Origin: Alphaproteobacteria bacterium
Lineage (GTDB): Bacteria > Pseudomonadota > Alphaproteobacteria > SP197
Assembly: GCA_965228895.1 (NCBI GenBank)
Contig: OZ245842.1
Coordinates: forward strand, 2,560,001 to 2,624,000
Reading direction: 5' to 3'
Length of the DNA: 64,000 bases
Shown here: positions 49,086 to 58,435 of the stretch, piece after piece
How the letters are laid out: every line of letters begins with the position of its first letter
Numbering within the stretch: the first letter of the stretch is position 1
The notes under the pieces: model-generated
Seen by the model: only the letters and a program-made list of their open reading frames with translations
The model's database searches: none
Told to the model about the DNA's origin: nothing
Position numbers and translations under genes: made by a program

Positions 49086-49298
49086 TCAGGCCGCCTCGGA
49101 GTTTTCGGAAAAGAACCTTTGGAACTTTTCGTACGTCCGAACGGTGAACCCCGCGCCCTCCTCAAGTCGCGAGAAAAACGCAGTGTCGTTCATGACTTTC
49201 CGGCCCAGCGTCGGAAGGCTCATCCCCTCCGTCGCGCAGAACTGGCGAGCCTGCTCCAGAAGCTGTGTGCGAAGCGAGGTGTTGTGATGGATGTTCAT
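49086..49298 (-). CDS. Cro-like HTH regulator
   Basis: 70 aa, GMSLPTLGRKVMND..FFSRL; divergent from repressor. Confidence 0.75.
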   Translation of the reverse strand: MNIHHNTSLRTQLLEQARQFCATEGMSLPTLGRKVMNDTAFFSRLEEGAGFTVRTYEKFQRFFSENSEAA

Positions 49299-49310
49299 GA
49301 TTTCCTGTAT

Positions 49311-49382
49311 AGCGGATTTTCCCGTGACACCGCAAGCGGTTTTTCCCGTGGTGCTATTTGGGGTCGGGTGCGGGAAAATCCA
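49311..49382. promoter_or_regulatory. Operator region between cro and cI
   Basis: AGCGGATTTTCCCGTG (49311), AGCGGTTTTTCCCGTG (49335), inverted CGGGAAAATCC (49371). Confidence 0.8.
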
Positions 49383-49385
49383 TAC

Positions 49386-49721
49386 ATGGCGTTGGACACT
49401 TTTTTAGAGCGGCTGGATTGGGCGATAGCCCGCGAGGACACGAGTCGTCGTGCTGTGGCTATCGAGTGTGATCTTCACCCCAACTACTTCACGGCATTCA
49501 CGCAGCCCAGCCACAAGCGCACAAAGAGCCCCCGCGCCGAAACGGTGGTGGCTATAGCTAACCATCTAAGAATAGACGCAAAATGGCTCGCAACTGGCGA
49601 GGGTGAGCCAGGCGGTGATGAGAGCCTACCGGCGGAGTATGGCTCCCTAGACGGCGCAGACCGGGCATTCGTCCACGACTTAATCCGCCAGCTCGCCGCG
49701 CGGGCCAAGCCAACCGGCTAA
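49386..49721 (+). CDS. CI-like XRE repressor, 111 aa, no S24 peptidase domain
   Basis: FLERL...SRRAVA...SPRAETVVAIANHL.IDAKWLATGEG. Confidence 0.85.
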   Translation: MALDTFLERLDWAIAREDTSRRAVAIECDLHPNYFTAFTQPSHKRTKSPRAETVVAIANHLRIDAKWLATGEGEPGGDESLPAEYGSLDGADRAFVHDLIRQLAARAKPTG

Positions 49722-49782
49722 AGTACCTCCCCCAACCTCCCGTGACGAACCGACTGACGCAGAGCTTTAATTCTGCCGTGTG

Positions 49783-49823
49783 ACGGATTTTCCCTTGACA
49801 GCGGATTTTCCCGTTGCTACCTA
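49783..49823 (+). promoter_or_regulatory. Early rightward promoter overlapped by two operators
   Basis: TTGACA (49795) flanked by CGGATTTTCCC copies at 49784 and 49802. Confidence 0.75.
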
Positions 49824-49844
49824 GTAGTCCATCCCAATGCGGAG

Positions 49845-50267
49845 ATGGACATGCAAGAAGCCCTCTACACCCCGCGCCAGTGGAGCCTAACCGGCCTCCA
49901 CAACGAGCTGCGCCATGCCGTCGCGCATCCCGGCTCCCTCGTGCGCCAGCGTGTCGATCGGTGGCTTGAACAGCTTTCAGACGAACACCGCACGCTTCTG
50001 ACTCTCCGCGCTGAGGGCAGGCAGTGGCATGAGATAGAGCAGGAGATGTTCGGGCGTTCGGACGCGCCTCATTTCTACCAGTCCGGGCGTCATTGCATAC
50101 AGGCGGCGGGCAACAGCTTCCATCGGCTGAACAGCATGTACATGGAAGCGTTGAGCGAGCTTCTCACCGTCGCGACGTTCGACACCCACGACACCACCCA
50201 AGCCATCAAAGAGACAGGTGAGCGCATCTGTGAGCGTGCAGACGCCATGGCCGAGAGGCTGTCATGA
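49845..50267 (+). CDS. Sigma region 4-like protein resembling the 41024 regulator
   Basis: WLEQLSDEHRTLLTLRAEGRQWHEI...YMEALSEL. Confidence 0.55.
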   Translation: MDMQEALYTPRQWSLTGLHNELRHAVAHPGSLVRQRVDRWLEQLSDEHRTLLTLRAEGRQWHEIEQEMFGRSDAPHFYQSGRHCIQAAGNSFHRLNSMYMEALSELLTVATFDTHDTTQAIKETGERICERADAMAERLS

Positions 50268-52824
50268 GCGGTTCACCGAAATTCAAAGTCTACAACCCGT
50301 CTGGCGAATACATCGGTTGCGTCAAGTACGCCGAAGATGCCGCCGCCCTTGTCGCCCTCTACGGCGATGGCGCGAAGGTGAAGTATCAGCACAGCAAAGT
50401 GCTTTGGCACGAAGGCCAGGAGTCCATCGGGGCCGGTGAGAGTTATGACGAGGCGGGCACCATCATTAGGACTCGCGAGCACGGCATGCACGCCGCCTCC
50501 TTCGCCAAGGTGTATGCGTCATGACAACACCCTCTGTTGCAGAGCGGTTGCGTGGGTTGGCCAAAGAGCGGCGGGCGTTTGGGCCAATCGACAACAGTCC
50601 GCTTTACGAGAGCCTGCGCGAGGCCGCCGATACCATCGAGCGGTATGAAGCTGCGCTGAACGACATTTCAAAGTGCAACATCGTTGGTTACATCCTGAGA
50701 GGCACCGAGCGCCACGACGACCTGAAAGACCTAATTCAAACGCTGAACCGAGAACTACAGCGCCGCGTTAATGCCGCGAAGATAGCACTCTCAGGTGGAG
50801 GGCAGTCATGAGCGAATGGACGCCAGCCGAAATAGCCGAGGCGCTGGAAGAGTGGGGCGCACAGGAACCCATGACGCCGCACGGTGAGCACATCCTACAG
50901 CAAGCATCAAAGGCCATAACCACACAACAGGAACAGATAAAGGCGCTGAGCGAGGCGCTGATAGCAACGCACACACAAGTCTACAACGCCAGAGAGTGTG
51001 TCGGCGATGATGAGCGCATGGAGTATCTCGCCAACGCCAGCAACATCATCGGTGCCGCACTCACACAGCAGGGAGCGGAGTGATGCAGATCAAATACGAA
51101 ATAGGCCAAGAAGTTTGGCGCGCGACCTGCAACCGCGAAGAAACGTCCGTCGAGTGCCCCGACTGCGGTGGGACCGGACGAATCCGCGTGACCTTCCACG
51201 ACGACACAACCGTATCAATCGACTGCCAGAGATGCGCGCTGGGCTACGAGCCGCCAACTGGCCGAATAGCAGTCTACGACCGCGTTGCGAAGGCTGAGCG
51301 AGTTACCATTACTGGCATCGATGTGCGGAGCGGCGAAGAGCCCGAGTACCGCACCAACGTATCCTACATCATAGACGAAAATCGTCTGTTTGAAACGCGC
51401 GAAGAAGCCCTCGCCTGTGCAGAAAAGCTCGCGGAGGAATGGGACCGCGAGGAGCGCGAGAAGATCGCAAAGAAGGAAAAAGACACGCGCTCATGGGCTT
51501 GGAACGCAAGCTACCACCGCAATTGCATCAAGAGAGCCGAGCGGGAAATCGAGCACCACACGGCAAAGCTGAACGTAGCGTCGTTGAAGGCAAAAGAGCA
51601 GAAGGCCCGCGCTACACCCGAGGAGCGTGAGTGATGTCCTGCATGTATTGCCAGGCAGGCTGCGGGCGGCTCGTGGATACCGATGACGAGCCCGAGAGCT
51701 TCGATAACGACGCAGACAAGTGCCTATGTTCGTGGTGTCGCGAGGCATTCGTTGGCGAAGACGGGCACTACTCAGACCCCGAGGAGACGAGCTAATGGGC
51801 GACAAACGTAAAGCTTCCGTGTCGCAAGCACCCTCCCATGACGGCGACGGATACGGCTGGGGCGGCGACTACTACCTGACTATCGGGTTTCTCACCGTGA
51901 ACTTCGGCCCACGACACGCGGCGGCAGAAATTGCCAAGGAACTGGCTGAACTCTGGAACACACGCACAGGGGAAGCCAATGCTGAGTGAGGAGACGCGCA
52001 AATGACTGAGGACGACAAAACACCCAACAAACTTTCCATGGAAGTGGACCCTGCGGCCATCAATGCGATCATCAAGCAGACAGTGAACGCGCAGATCGCT
52101 GTGGCCCTTGAAAAGAATGGCCTGAACTTCACCGACGCCGTTGTCGATGCTGTGCTTACGGCAAAGGTGGATCGCGACGGTAAGATCATTCCGAAGAGCC
52201 ATTACAGTTACCGCGACAGCAAAACGTCTTGGTTCGACAGCGAGCTTGAGAAGCTAATTCGCGAATGCGCCAAGGGCGCGATGATTGATTTCGTCGAAAC
52301 GCAGAGGCCGAAGATCGAGGCGGCAATGCTCGCTGCGTTCAAGAAGCGCACGCCACAGATTGTTAAGGCCATGACGGATGGAACCCTCAAAGCGTTCACC
52401 AGCAAGTGGGGGTTCAATTTCAATGTGAGTTTACGGCCCAAGGATGAGTAGCAATGAGCCTCACCCAACACACCCGCGAACACATGGCCGATGTTCTCGC
52501 TAACGACAACAGACGCATTGAACCTGATGTGTGGAGCGGGCCTAGCAGGATGCTTGGGGTGGTGCTGCCCTACGCGGTTTGCGTTCTCTTACTGGCCGCT
52601 ATGGCCGTCTACCACTTTGACCTGGAGCCTTGGTGATGACACTGGACTTTGACTTTGACGTAGAGGCCGATGAGGTAACGCTCCATCTCACGATGGACAC
52701 CGATACATGGAGGCGCGTCTTCGAAACATACCGCGACGTGTCAAGTGGCCTCATCGGGTTTGCAGAACTGTTCCGGGAACACGAGGACGCGATTCTGTCA
52801 AAAGTCGCGCAGCTTAACCAATGA
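50264..52824 (+). other. Cluster of early small hypothetical ORFs (incl. Zn-ribbon 51080-51634 and 51634-51795)
   Basis: Coupled ORFs 50264, 50521, 50808, 51080, 51634, 51795, 52002, 52454, 52630. Confidence 0.6.
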
Positions 52825-53558
52825 CTGAACCCACACCCAAGAACGGCACCGACAAACTCGCAGAGGCGCTTGCCAAGGCGCAGGGTGAGATAGAGATGCC
52901 CGAGCGGAACAAGACTGTTGAGGTCCGCATGAAGTCCGGCAACACCTACACGTTCAAGTACGCCACGCTGGACAACATCATAGACACCGTGCGCGGGCCA
53001 CTCTCCAAGAACGGGCTGTGGTTCGTGCAACTCCTGCATGGCGAGGAAGGCGGGAAGCGCGAAGTCGAAACCATCCTTCTCCATGAGAGCGGCCAGAGCA
53101 TCAAGAGTCGGATGCCAATTCTCATGTCTGACAGCGGTAACCAAGCGCTCGGCTCAGCCGTTAGCTACATGCGTCGCTACGCCCTGACATCCATGCTTGG
53201 CATTGCCGCAGAAGACGATGACGACGCGAACATTGTAGACGATAACACTGTGTCATCAAAGGATAATCAGGCTTTCGGCGGGCCGCTCAAGAAGACAGAA
53301 CTGAAGAACAAGATGCGCGAAATGGCGGGCAAGCTGGCGCAGGTTGAAGACATGGGTACGTTCGTCAATCTGCAGAACGAGTATGTTGAAGTGATCGACC
53401 AGTGCATCCGCGATCTGCCCGAATGGTACTACGGCAAGAAGTCCACGGTTAACGGCCAAGTCATTCAGGAGAAAGGCGCCTACGAAGCCATTGAGGCCAA
53501 GCGCCAGGAACTCGCCGAAGCCGACCCCTCCGCACAAACAGTTATGGATGCAGGCTGA
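52821..53558 (+). CDS. erf: ERF-family ssDNA annealing protein
   Basis: ALAKAQ, YATLDNI, T.LLHESGQ, GSAVSYMRRYAL..MLGIA.EDDDDAN. Confidence 0.92.
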   Translation: MTEPTPKNGTDKLAEALAKAQGEIEMPERNKTVEVRMKSGNTYTFKYATLDNIIDTVRGPLSKNGLWFVQLLHGEEGGKREVETILLHESGQSIKSRMPILMSDSGNQALGSAVSYMRRYALTSMLGIAAEDDDDANIVDDNTVSSKDNQAFGGPLKKTELKNKMREMAGKLAQVEDMGTFVNLQNEYVEVIDQCIRDLPEWYYGKKSTVNGQVIQEKGAYEAIEAKRQELAEADPSAQTVMDAG

Positions 53559-53805
53559 TGAGCAGCGTGCGCCCATTCACACCAAACCGTTACACCCGCT
53601 TTCTACAGAAGGTGGACGTTGCGGGCTTTGACCCAAACGCTTGTTGGCTGTGGAAGGGGGCGGGGAAGGGAAATGGCTACGGCCATGTGAAGACCGCCGA
53701 CTAAGGGCGGGCCATTCGTCGCGAAAAATCGCAAATCAGATGGACCTCAACTACGGGACCGTCGCCGCCATCAAGAGAGGCAGAAGCTATGTCAGCATCA
53801 CTTAA
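53558..53805 (+). pseudogene. HNH endonuclease remnant with internal deletion and frameshift
   Basis: N-terminal RFLQKV...CWLWKG...GYG stops at 53704; C-terminal HTH ([27 protein letters not shown]) continues in -1 frame; HNH core absent. Confidence 0.75.
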
Positions 53806-54205
53806 TCGCGTGGCCCTGATAGGGAACCTTGGGCGTGACCCTGAGATAAGGCGGCTCAACAGCGGCGACCCGGTGTGCAACCTGTCTGTTGCCACCAATG
53901 ACCGCTGGAAAGACAAGCAGACGGGGGAGCGTAAGGAGCGGGTGGAGTTCCATCGCGTGGTGATCTTCAACCCGCACATCTGTGACGTTGCCGAGAAGTA
54001 CCTGCGCAAGGGTTCGATGGTCTACATCGAGGGCGCGCTACAGACGCGGAAGTGGCAGGACCAGCAGGGCCAGGACCGCTACTCAACGGAGGTTGTCGTT
54101 CAAAACTTCCGTGGCGACCTGCAAATGTTGAGCTGGCACGACGACAGGCCGGGAGACGCCGCCCCCGCCGCGACCAGCGAACCTGACGACGAAATCCCGT
54201 TCTAA
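53789..54205 (+). CDS. ssb: Single-stranded DNA-binding protein
   Basis: [15 protein letters not shown]...DDEIPF. Confidence 0.95.
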   Translation: MSASLNRVALIGNLGRDPEIRRLNSGDPVCNLSVATNDRWKDKQTGERKERVEFHRVVIFNPHICDVAEKYLRKGSMVYIEGALQTRKWQDQQGQDRYSTEVVVQNFRGDLQMLSWHDDRPGDAAPAATSEPDDEIPF

Positions 54206-54642
54206 TGCCCAAGCTCAACCTCATATGCGCCCACCATATGGGCATGGTTCCTGTGGACGATGATGGGCGCGCGTTCCTTCAAAAGCACATGGGCAAGACG
54301 GTGACGGCTGAACTGAAGGTGCAGCGTTCGCCGCAGCACAACAGCATGTTCTGGGCTGTCGCCCAGAAAACCCACGACAATCTACCCGACCACTACGCCA
54401 GAGCGTGGCCAACGAAGCGGGACATGGTGAAGTCGCTTCAGCTTGTCTACGGGTTCACGGACAAGATCATGAAGCCCGTCAAGGGGGGCACATGGGAAGT
54501 CATACAGGAACCCAAATCGCTCGACTTCAGCAACATGGAGCAGGACGAATTTAACCTCGTCAGCGAGAAGCTATTTGAGGGCATGGCCCGCTGTTTGAGC
54601 GTCACCGTAGACGAACTACTGAACGAAACGAGGGCGGCCTAG
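54205..54642 (+). CDS. NinB/DUF1367-like recombination protein
   Basis: RSPQHN..FWA, PKSLDFSNMEQDEF. Confidence 0.7.
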   Translation: MPKLNLICAHHMGMVPVDDDGRAFLQKHMGKTVTAELKVQRSPQHNSMFWAVAQKTHDNLPDHYARAWPTKRDMVKSLQLVYGFTDKIMKPVKGGTWEVIQEPKSLDFSNMEQDEFNLVSEKLFEGMARCLSVTVDELLNETRAA

Positions 54643-54644
54643 AT

Positions 54645-54824
54645 ATGCGGTGCGAAGCGTGCAAGGGCACCGGCCAGTTTCCCACCATCAACACGGATGG
54701 ACAATACGGCCCGCTCTACCCGCGAACACTCCCCTGCCCTGACTGTGGCGGCACCGGCATTGCGTACTGTTGTGAGGGCTCTGAGAGGCACGGGCAATTG
54801 AGTGATGAAGACACCACGACGTAG
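54645..54824 (+). CDS. 59-aa DnaJ-type Zn-finger protein (not in ORF track)
   Basis: CEACKGTG...CPDCGGTG. Confidence 0.65.
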   Translation: MRCEACKGTGQFPTINTDGQYGPLYPRTLPCPDCGGTGIAYCCEGSERHGQLSDEDTTT

Positions 54825-55146
54825 GAAAGCGCCCAAGCTAGGCGTCAGGGACAGGCCACAGGTGCGGTGCCCGCAGCATTTGCAGTGGGTGCGTGGGCAT
54901 GAGTGTGCTGTGGCAAACGGTGAGTGCGAGGGCCGCGTTGAGGCGTGCCATGTTCGTTGCAACACGGATGGTGGGACAAGCCTCAAGCCATCGGACACTT
55001 GGACGATTCCCATGTGCAGTCACCACCACCGCCTTCAGCACACGCTCGGAGAATTGGCGTTTCAGATGACGTACAGCATAGACATGAAAGCCATTGCCGA
55101 GCAGCTAGCCAGGCGCTCGCCTCACAGACACAGGTGGGAAGAATGA
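54802..55146 (+). CDS. DUF968-like putative HNH-type nuclease
   Basis: HLQWVR..EC.V, EACHVR, KPSD.WTIPMC..HH..QH..GE..F. Confidence 0.75.
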   Translation: MMKTPRRRKAPKLGVRDRPQVRCPQHLQWVRGHECAVANGECEGRVEACHVRCNTDGGTSLKPSDTWTIPMCSHHHRLQHTLGELAFQMTYSIDMKAIAEQLARRSPHRHRWEE

Positions 55147-55544
55147 GTGACTTCTGGCACCGCGAGAACCTGTACTTCATGGCCCGATGGTTCGGCCCTG
55201 TCGCCGCTGTGGCGCTGGTCGTGGGGTTCTTGGTGGGGGTGTGGGTGTGAGAAAGGAAACTCATTTCATTTGCCACGCTGGTGTCCGCGTACCCATCGAT
55301 GGGAAGTGCCCCAAATGTCTCTCAGACAGTACGGGCCAATGCGGGCGGCTCTATGAGGTTGGCTGGAACGAGGCGATAGAGGCGGCGGCACAAGAGTGCG
55401 CTGAATTTGGTGACGACGCCCAAAAAAGGGCCTCCGTCGAGCTGGGGACTGGACGGCCTAGTGCTGCCATGGACCGCACACTGGGTGCTTCGGTAGCGCG
55501 TTTCCTGGCAAACACCATACGCGCCCTCTCCAAAGAGGAGACGG

Positions 55545-55805
55545 ATGAGTCGGCCTAAGCCAAAATTCGCACCGGAGCCGCGCATTCTAAACGGCTACCA
55601 GGTGGCCTGCCGCCTGAACAAGAGCGAGGTATGGTTCGGCCAGAAGAGACGTCAACTGGAACAGATGGGATTCCCACGCCAGGACGAATTTCTAGGCGGT
55701 TGGGACGCCGATGCCATTGAACGATGGATCGATGAGCGATCCGGCCTATTCTCCTCCAAGAGCACGTTGAGGGAGGAGATGGAGGAATGGCAACGATGCG
55801 GGTGA
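55545..55805 (+). CDS. Excisionase-like HTH protein
   Basis: Small basic protein, FP......WD..AIERWID; overlaps integrase start. Confidence 0.7.
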   Translation: MSRPKPKFAPEPRILNGYQVACRLNKSEVWFGQKRRQLEQMGFPRQDEFLGGWDADAIERWIDERSGLFSSKSTLREEMEEWQRCG

Positions 55806-56836
55806 AGTATGTCACCGAACGGAACGGCTCATTCTATTTCGAGCCGTCCCAAAAGATGCGTGACCACGGGTTCCGGCCCGAGGCCCTGGGGAAAGACAGC
55901 GTTGCCGCCTACGCCCGCGCCAAAACGCTGAACGACGACTGGAAAGCCGTTCAAGATGGTCTAAAGGCGAAGCCTGACGCGATCGTCAAGGGCACCCTGA
56001 AGTGGCTCATCCGCGAGTATCAGAACAAGTCCGCGTGGTATGCAAAACTAGAGCCCCCCACAAAAGCCGAATACGACCGCCATCTTCAACGTGCCCTCGC
56101 ATCACCCATGGCACACCACCCCGTTCGAAGCATCCAACGCGCCGACGTTCGGATATTCTACGACAAGACCTTCGCGGATGCGACGCCCTGGGTGGCCCAT
56201 GACGCGCACAAGGTTTTAAGTCGCCTGCTCTCCTATGGAGTTGAGCTTGGTCTGATGCCAACCAACCCCGCCGCCAAAATGGAGATAGCGGAGCCCGACA
56301 GGCGCAAGGTGACTTGGCAGCCAGAACAAGTAGACAAGTTCATTGCCATGGCGCTGGCAGAGAACAGGCTGGGGTGGGCTTTGGCTGCTTCCATAGGCTA
56401 CGACAGCGGCCAGGACTTAACCGTCATACTCCACCGGCTATGGACGCACTATGACGGCGAAGGAATGGATTTTCGGCGCACCAAAACGGATGTGGAATCG
56501 TGGTCCCCCATGCGGGAAACAACACGAGGGCTTCTTGAGATAGCGCCGCGCTCATCCGTGAGAATCATCACGACAAGCACAGGCAGGCCCATCAACAGCC
56601 GCTCCTACTTCGGCAGGGTTTTCAGAGAATTGAGAGACAAGGCGGGGCTGCCCAAAGGGCTGAGGTTTAGGGACCTCAGACGCACCGTGGGGACGGAGAT
56701 AGACGCTGGTGGGGGCAACCCAGAATCGGTTCTGGGTTTGACGCCAGGATCACCCGTCAAGAAGCACTATGTGGTGCCCAGCAAGGACGCCGCACGAACA
56801 GCTCAGGCGAGCCGAAAACGGGAACAAAAGGGCTGA
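55787..56836 (+). CDS. int: Tyrosine recombinase / phage integrase with atypical active site
   Basis: Core-binding domain (NPA), RTKT, FRDLRRT, KHY; adjacent to att. Confidence 0.9.
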   Translation: MATMRVKYVTERNGSFYFEPSQKMRDHGFRPEALGKDSVAAYARAKTLNDDWKAVQDGLKAKPDAIVKGTLKWLIREYQNKSAWYAKLEPPTKAEYDRHLQRALASPMAHHPVRSIQRADVRIFYDKTFADATPWVAHDAHKVLSRLLSYGVELGLMPTNPAAKMEIAEPDRRKVTWQPEQVDKFIAMALAENRLGWALAASIGYDSGQDLTVILHRLWTHYDGEGMDFRRTKTDVESWSPMRETTRGLLEIAPRSSVRIITTSTGRPINSRSYFGRVFRELRDKAGLPKGLRFRDLRRTVGTEIDAGGGNPESVLGLTPGSPVKKHYVVPSKDAARTAQASRKREQKG

Positions 56837-56872
56837 GATTTTTTGAAAGCCGAGCCCAAACTTTTTGAAAAG

Positions 56873-56918
56873 TGGCATCCCCTAGGGGAATCGAACCCCT
56901 GTCTCCACCGTGAAAGGG
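56873..56918 (-). repeat. Prophage attachment site within the intact tRNA-Glu
   Basis: Identical to 13535-13580. Confidence 0.97.
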
Positions 56919-56947
56919 TGGTGTCCTAACCGCTAGACGAAGGGGAC
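56873..56947 (-). tRNA. tRNA-Glu (anticodon TTC), intact, 75 nt with encoded CCA
   Basis: GTCCCCT...CCACC-CTTTCAC-GGTGG...GGTTCGATTCC...GCCA cloverleaf; upstream TTGATT-N17-TATGTC at 57009-56981. Confidence 0.97.
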
Positions 56948-57150
56948 ACTGTGGGTCGGCCCGGCGGCAGAAGAAAGCGTGACATAAACGCTCGACCGCG
57001 CGAAATCAAGGGGTGACGGTCACAGGCCGGACGAGGCCTTGTGCGGGCGGCGGGCTGGCACGCTATAGTGGCCGGGTTTCGCGACCTGACCCAGCCGGAA
57101 CGGCCGCCGCCGGCCTGACCGAAGAGCCCCCGCCCCACCCGAGAGGACCC

Positions 57151-58431
57151 ATGAGCGATTCCACCCTTGCCCACGCCATCACCCAGGCGGTTGACGACCT
57201 GTTCGATGACGAGGTCGCTTTTCTGCAGGAGCTCGTGCGGTTCCCCTCCCAACGCGGCCAGGAGCACACGGCGCAGGACTTCATGCACGACGCCATGAAG
57301 CAGCGCGGCCTGGCCATGGACCGCTGGGCGATCGACGTGGACGCGATCAAGGACCATCCAGGCTTTTCGCCGGTCTGTGTCGACTACGACAACGCCATCA
57401 ACGTGGTGGGAACCCATCGCCCGCGCGAGGCGGTCGGCCGGTCGCTGATCCTGAACGGCCATATCGACGTGGTGCCGACCGGCCCGGTCGATATGTGGAG
57501 CTTTCCGCCCTATGAGCCCGCGATCAAAGACGGCTGGATGCATGGCCGCGGCTCCGGCGACATGAAGGCCGGGTTGGCCGCGAACCTTTTCGCCTATGAC
57601 GCCCTGAAGCGGGCGGGCGTGCAGCCGGCGTCGCACGTCTACTTCCAGTCGGTGACCGAAGAGGAGTGCACCGGCAACGGTGCGCTTTCCTGTCTGATGC
57701 GCGGCTATCACGCCGATGCCGCGCTGATTACCGAGCCGACCCACGACAGCCTGGTGCGCGCCAATGTCGGCGTCATCTGGTTCCAGGTCGAGATCCGCGG
57801 CCGGCCCGCCCATGTCGCGGAATCCGGCAGCGGCAACAGCGCGATCACCGCCGCCTACCGCATCATTGACGCGTTGCAGGCGCTGGAGGACGAATGGAAC
57901 GCCAAAAAGGACGAGCACCGCTACTTCGATGATATGGATAAGCCGATCACCATCAATGTCGGCAAGATCGAGGGCGGCGACTGGGCATCATCGGTGCCGT
58001 GCTGGTGCCGGCTGGACGTGCGCGCCGCGTTCTATCCCGGCACCAAGGTGAAGGACGCCCAGCGCGACATCGAAGCAGCGATCGCCGGCGCGACGCGCGA
58101 CCATCCCTATCTCTCCAACCACCCGCCGTCGATCACCTATAACGGCTTCACCGCCGAAGGTTACGTGCTGGAAGAAGGCAGCGAGGCCGAAGCCTGTCTC
58201 AGGCGCGTCCACAGCACCGTGTTCGAGCAGGAACTTGCGTCCGGCGCGACACCGGCCTATCTCGACGCGCGTGTCTCCGTGCTCTATGACGACACCCCGG
58301 CCCTGGTCTATGGCCCGATCAGCGAACGCATTCACGGGTTCGATGAGCGGGTCGAATTGAACTCGCTGCTGCGCGTAACGAAGTCGGTGGCGTTGTTCAT
58401 GGCCGACTGGTGCGGGACCGAGTCTCCTTGA
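57151..58431 (+). CDS. ArgE/DapE-family (M20) deacylase
   Basis: LNGHIDVVP, GRGSGDMKAG, EEE, EP, IHGFDE. Confidence 0.92.
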   Translation: MSDSTLAHAITQAVDDLFDDEVAFLQELVRFPSQRGQEHTAQDFMHDAMKQRGLAMDRWAIDVDAIKDHPGFSPVCVDYDNAINVVGTHRPREAVGRSLILNGHIDVVPTGPVDMWSFPPYEPAIKDGWMHGRGSGDMKAGLAANLFAYDALKRAGVQPASHVYFQSVTEEECTGNGALSCLMRGYHADAALITEPTHDSLVRANVGVIWFQVEIRGRPAHVAESGSGNSAITAAYRIIDALQALEDEWNAKKDEHRYFDDMDKPITINVGKIEGGDWASSVPCWCRLDVRAAFYPGTKVKDAQRDIEAAIAGATRDHPYLSNHPPSITYNGFTAEGYVLEEGSEAEACLRRVHSTVFEQELASGATPAYLDARVSVLYDDTPALVYGPISERIHGFDERVELNSLLRVTKSVALFMADWCGTESP

Positions 58432-58435
58432 GCGG

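Larger units (their letters stand above)
13535..56918. mobile_element. Temperate podovirus-type prophage (~43.4 kb) integrated in tRNA-Glu(TTC)
   Basis: Flanking 46-bp direct repeats; integrase at right end; terminase, portal, capsid, tail, replication and repressor modules; no tape measure, tube or sheath genes seen. Confidence 0.96.

Noticed and set aside
51617-51996. Repeated GAGGAGACG / CCCGAGGAG before early genes
   Set aside because: 9-bp matches are adequately explained by Shine-Dalgarno sequences
13581-56872. Stop-codon reassignment in the prophage
   Set aside because: Core genes are full-length under the standard code, and TAA, TAG and TGA all end coupled genes
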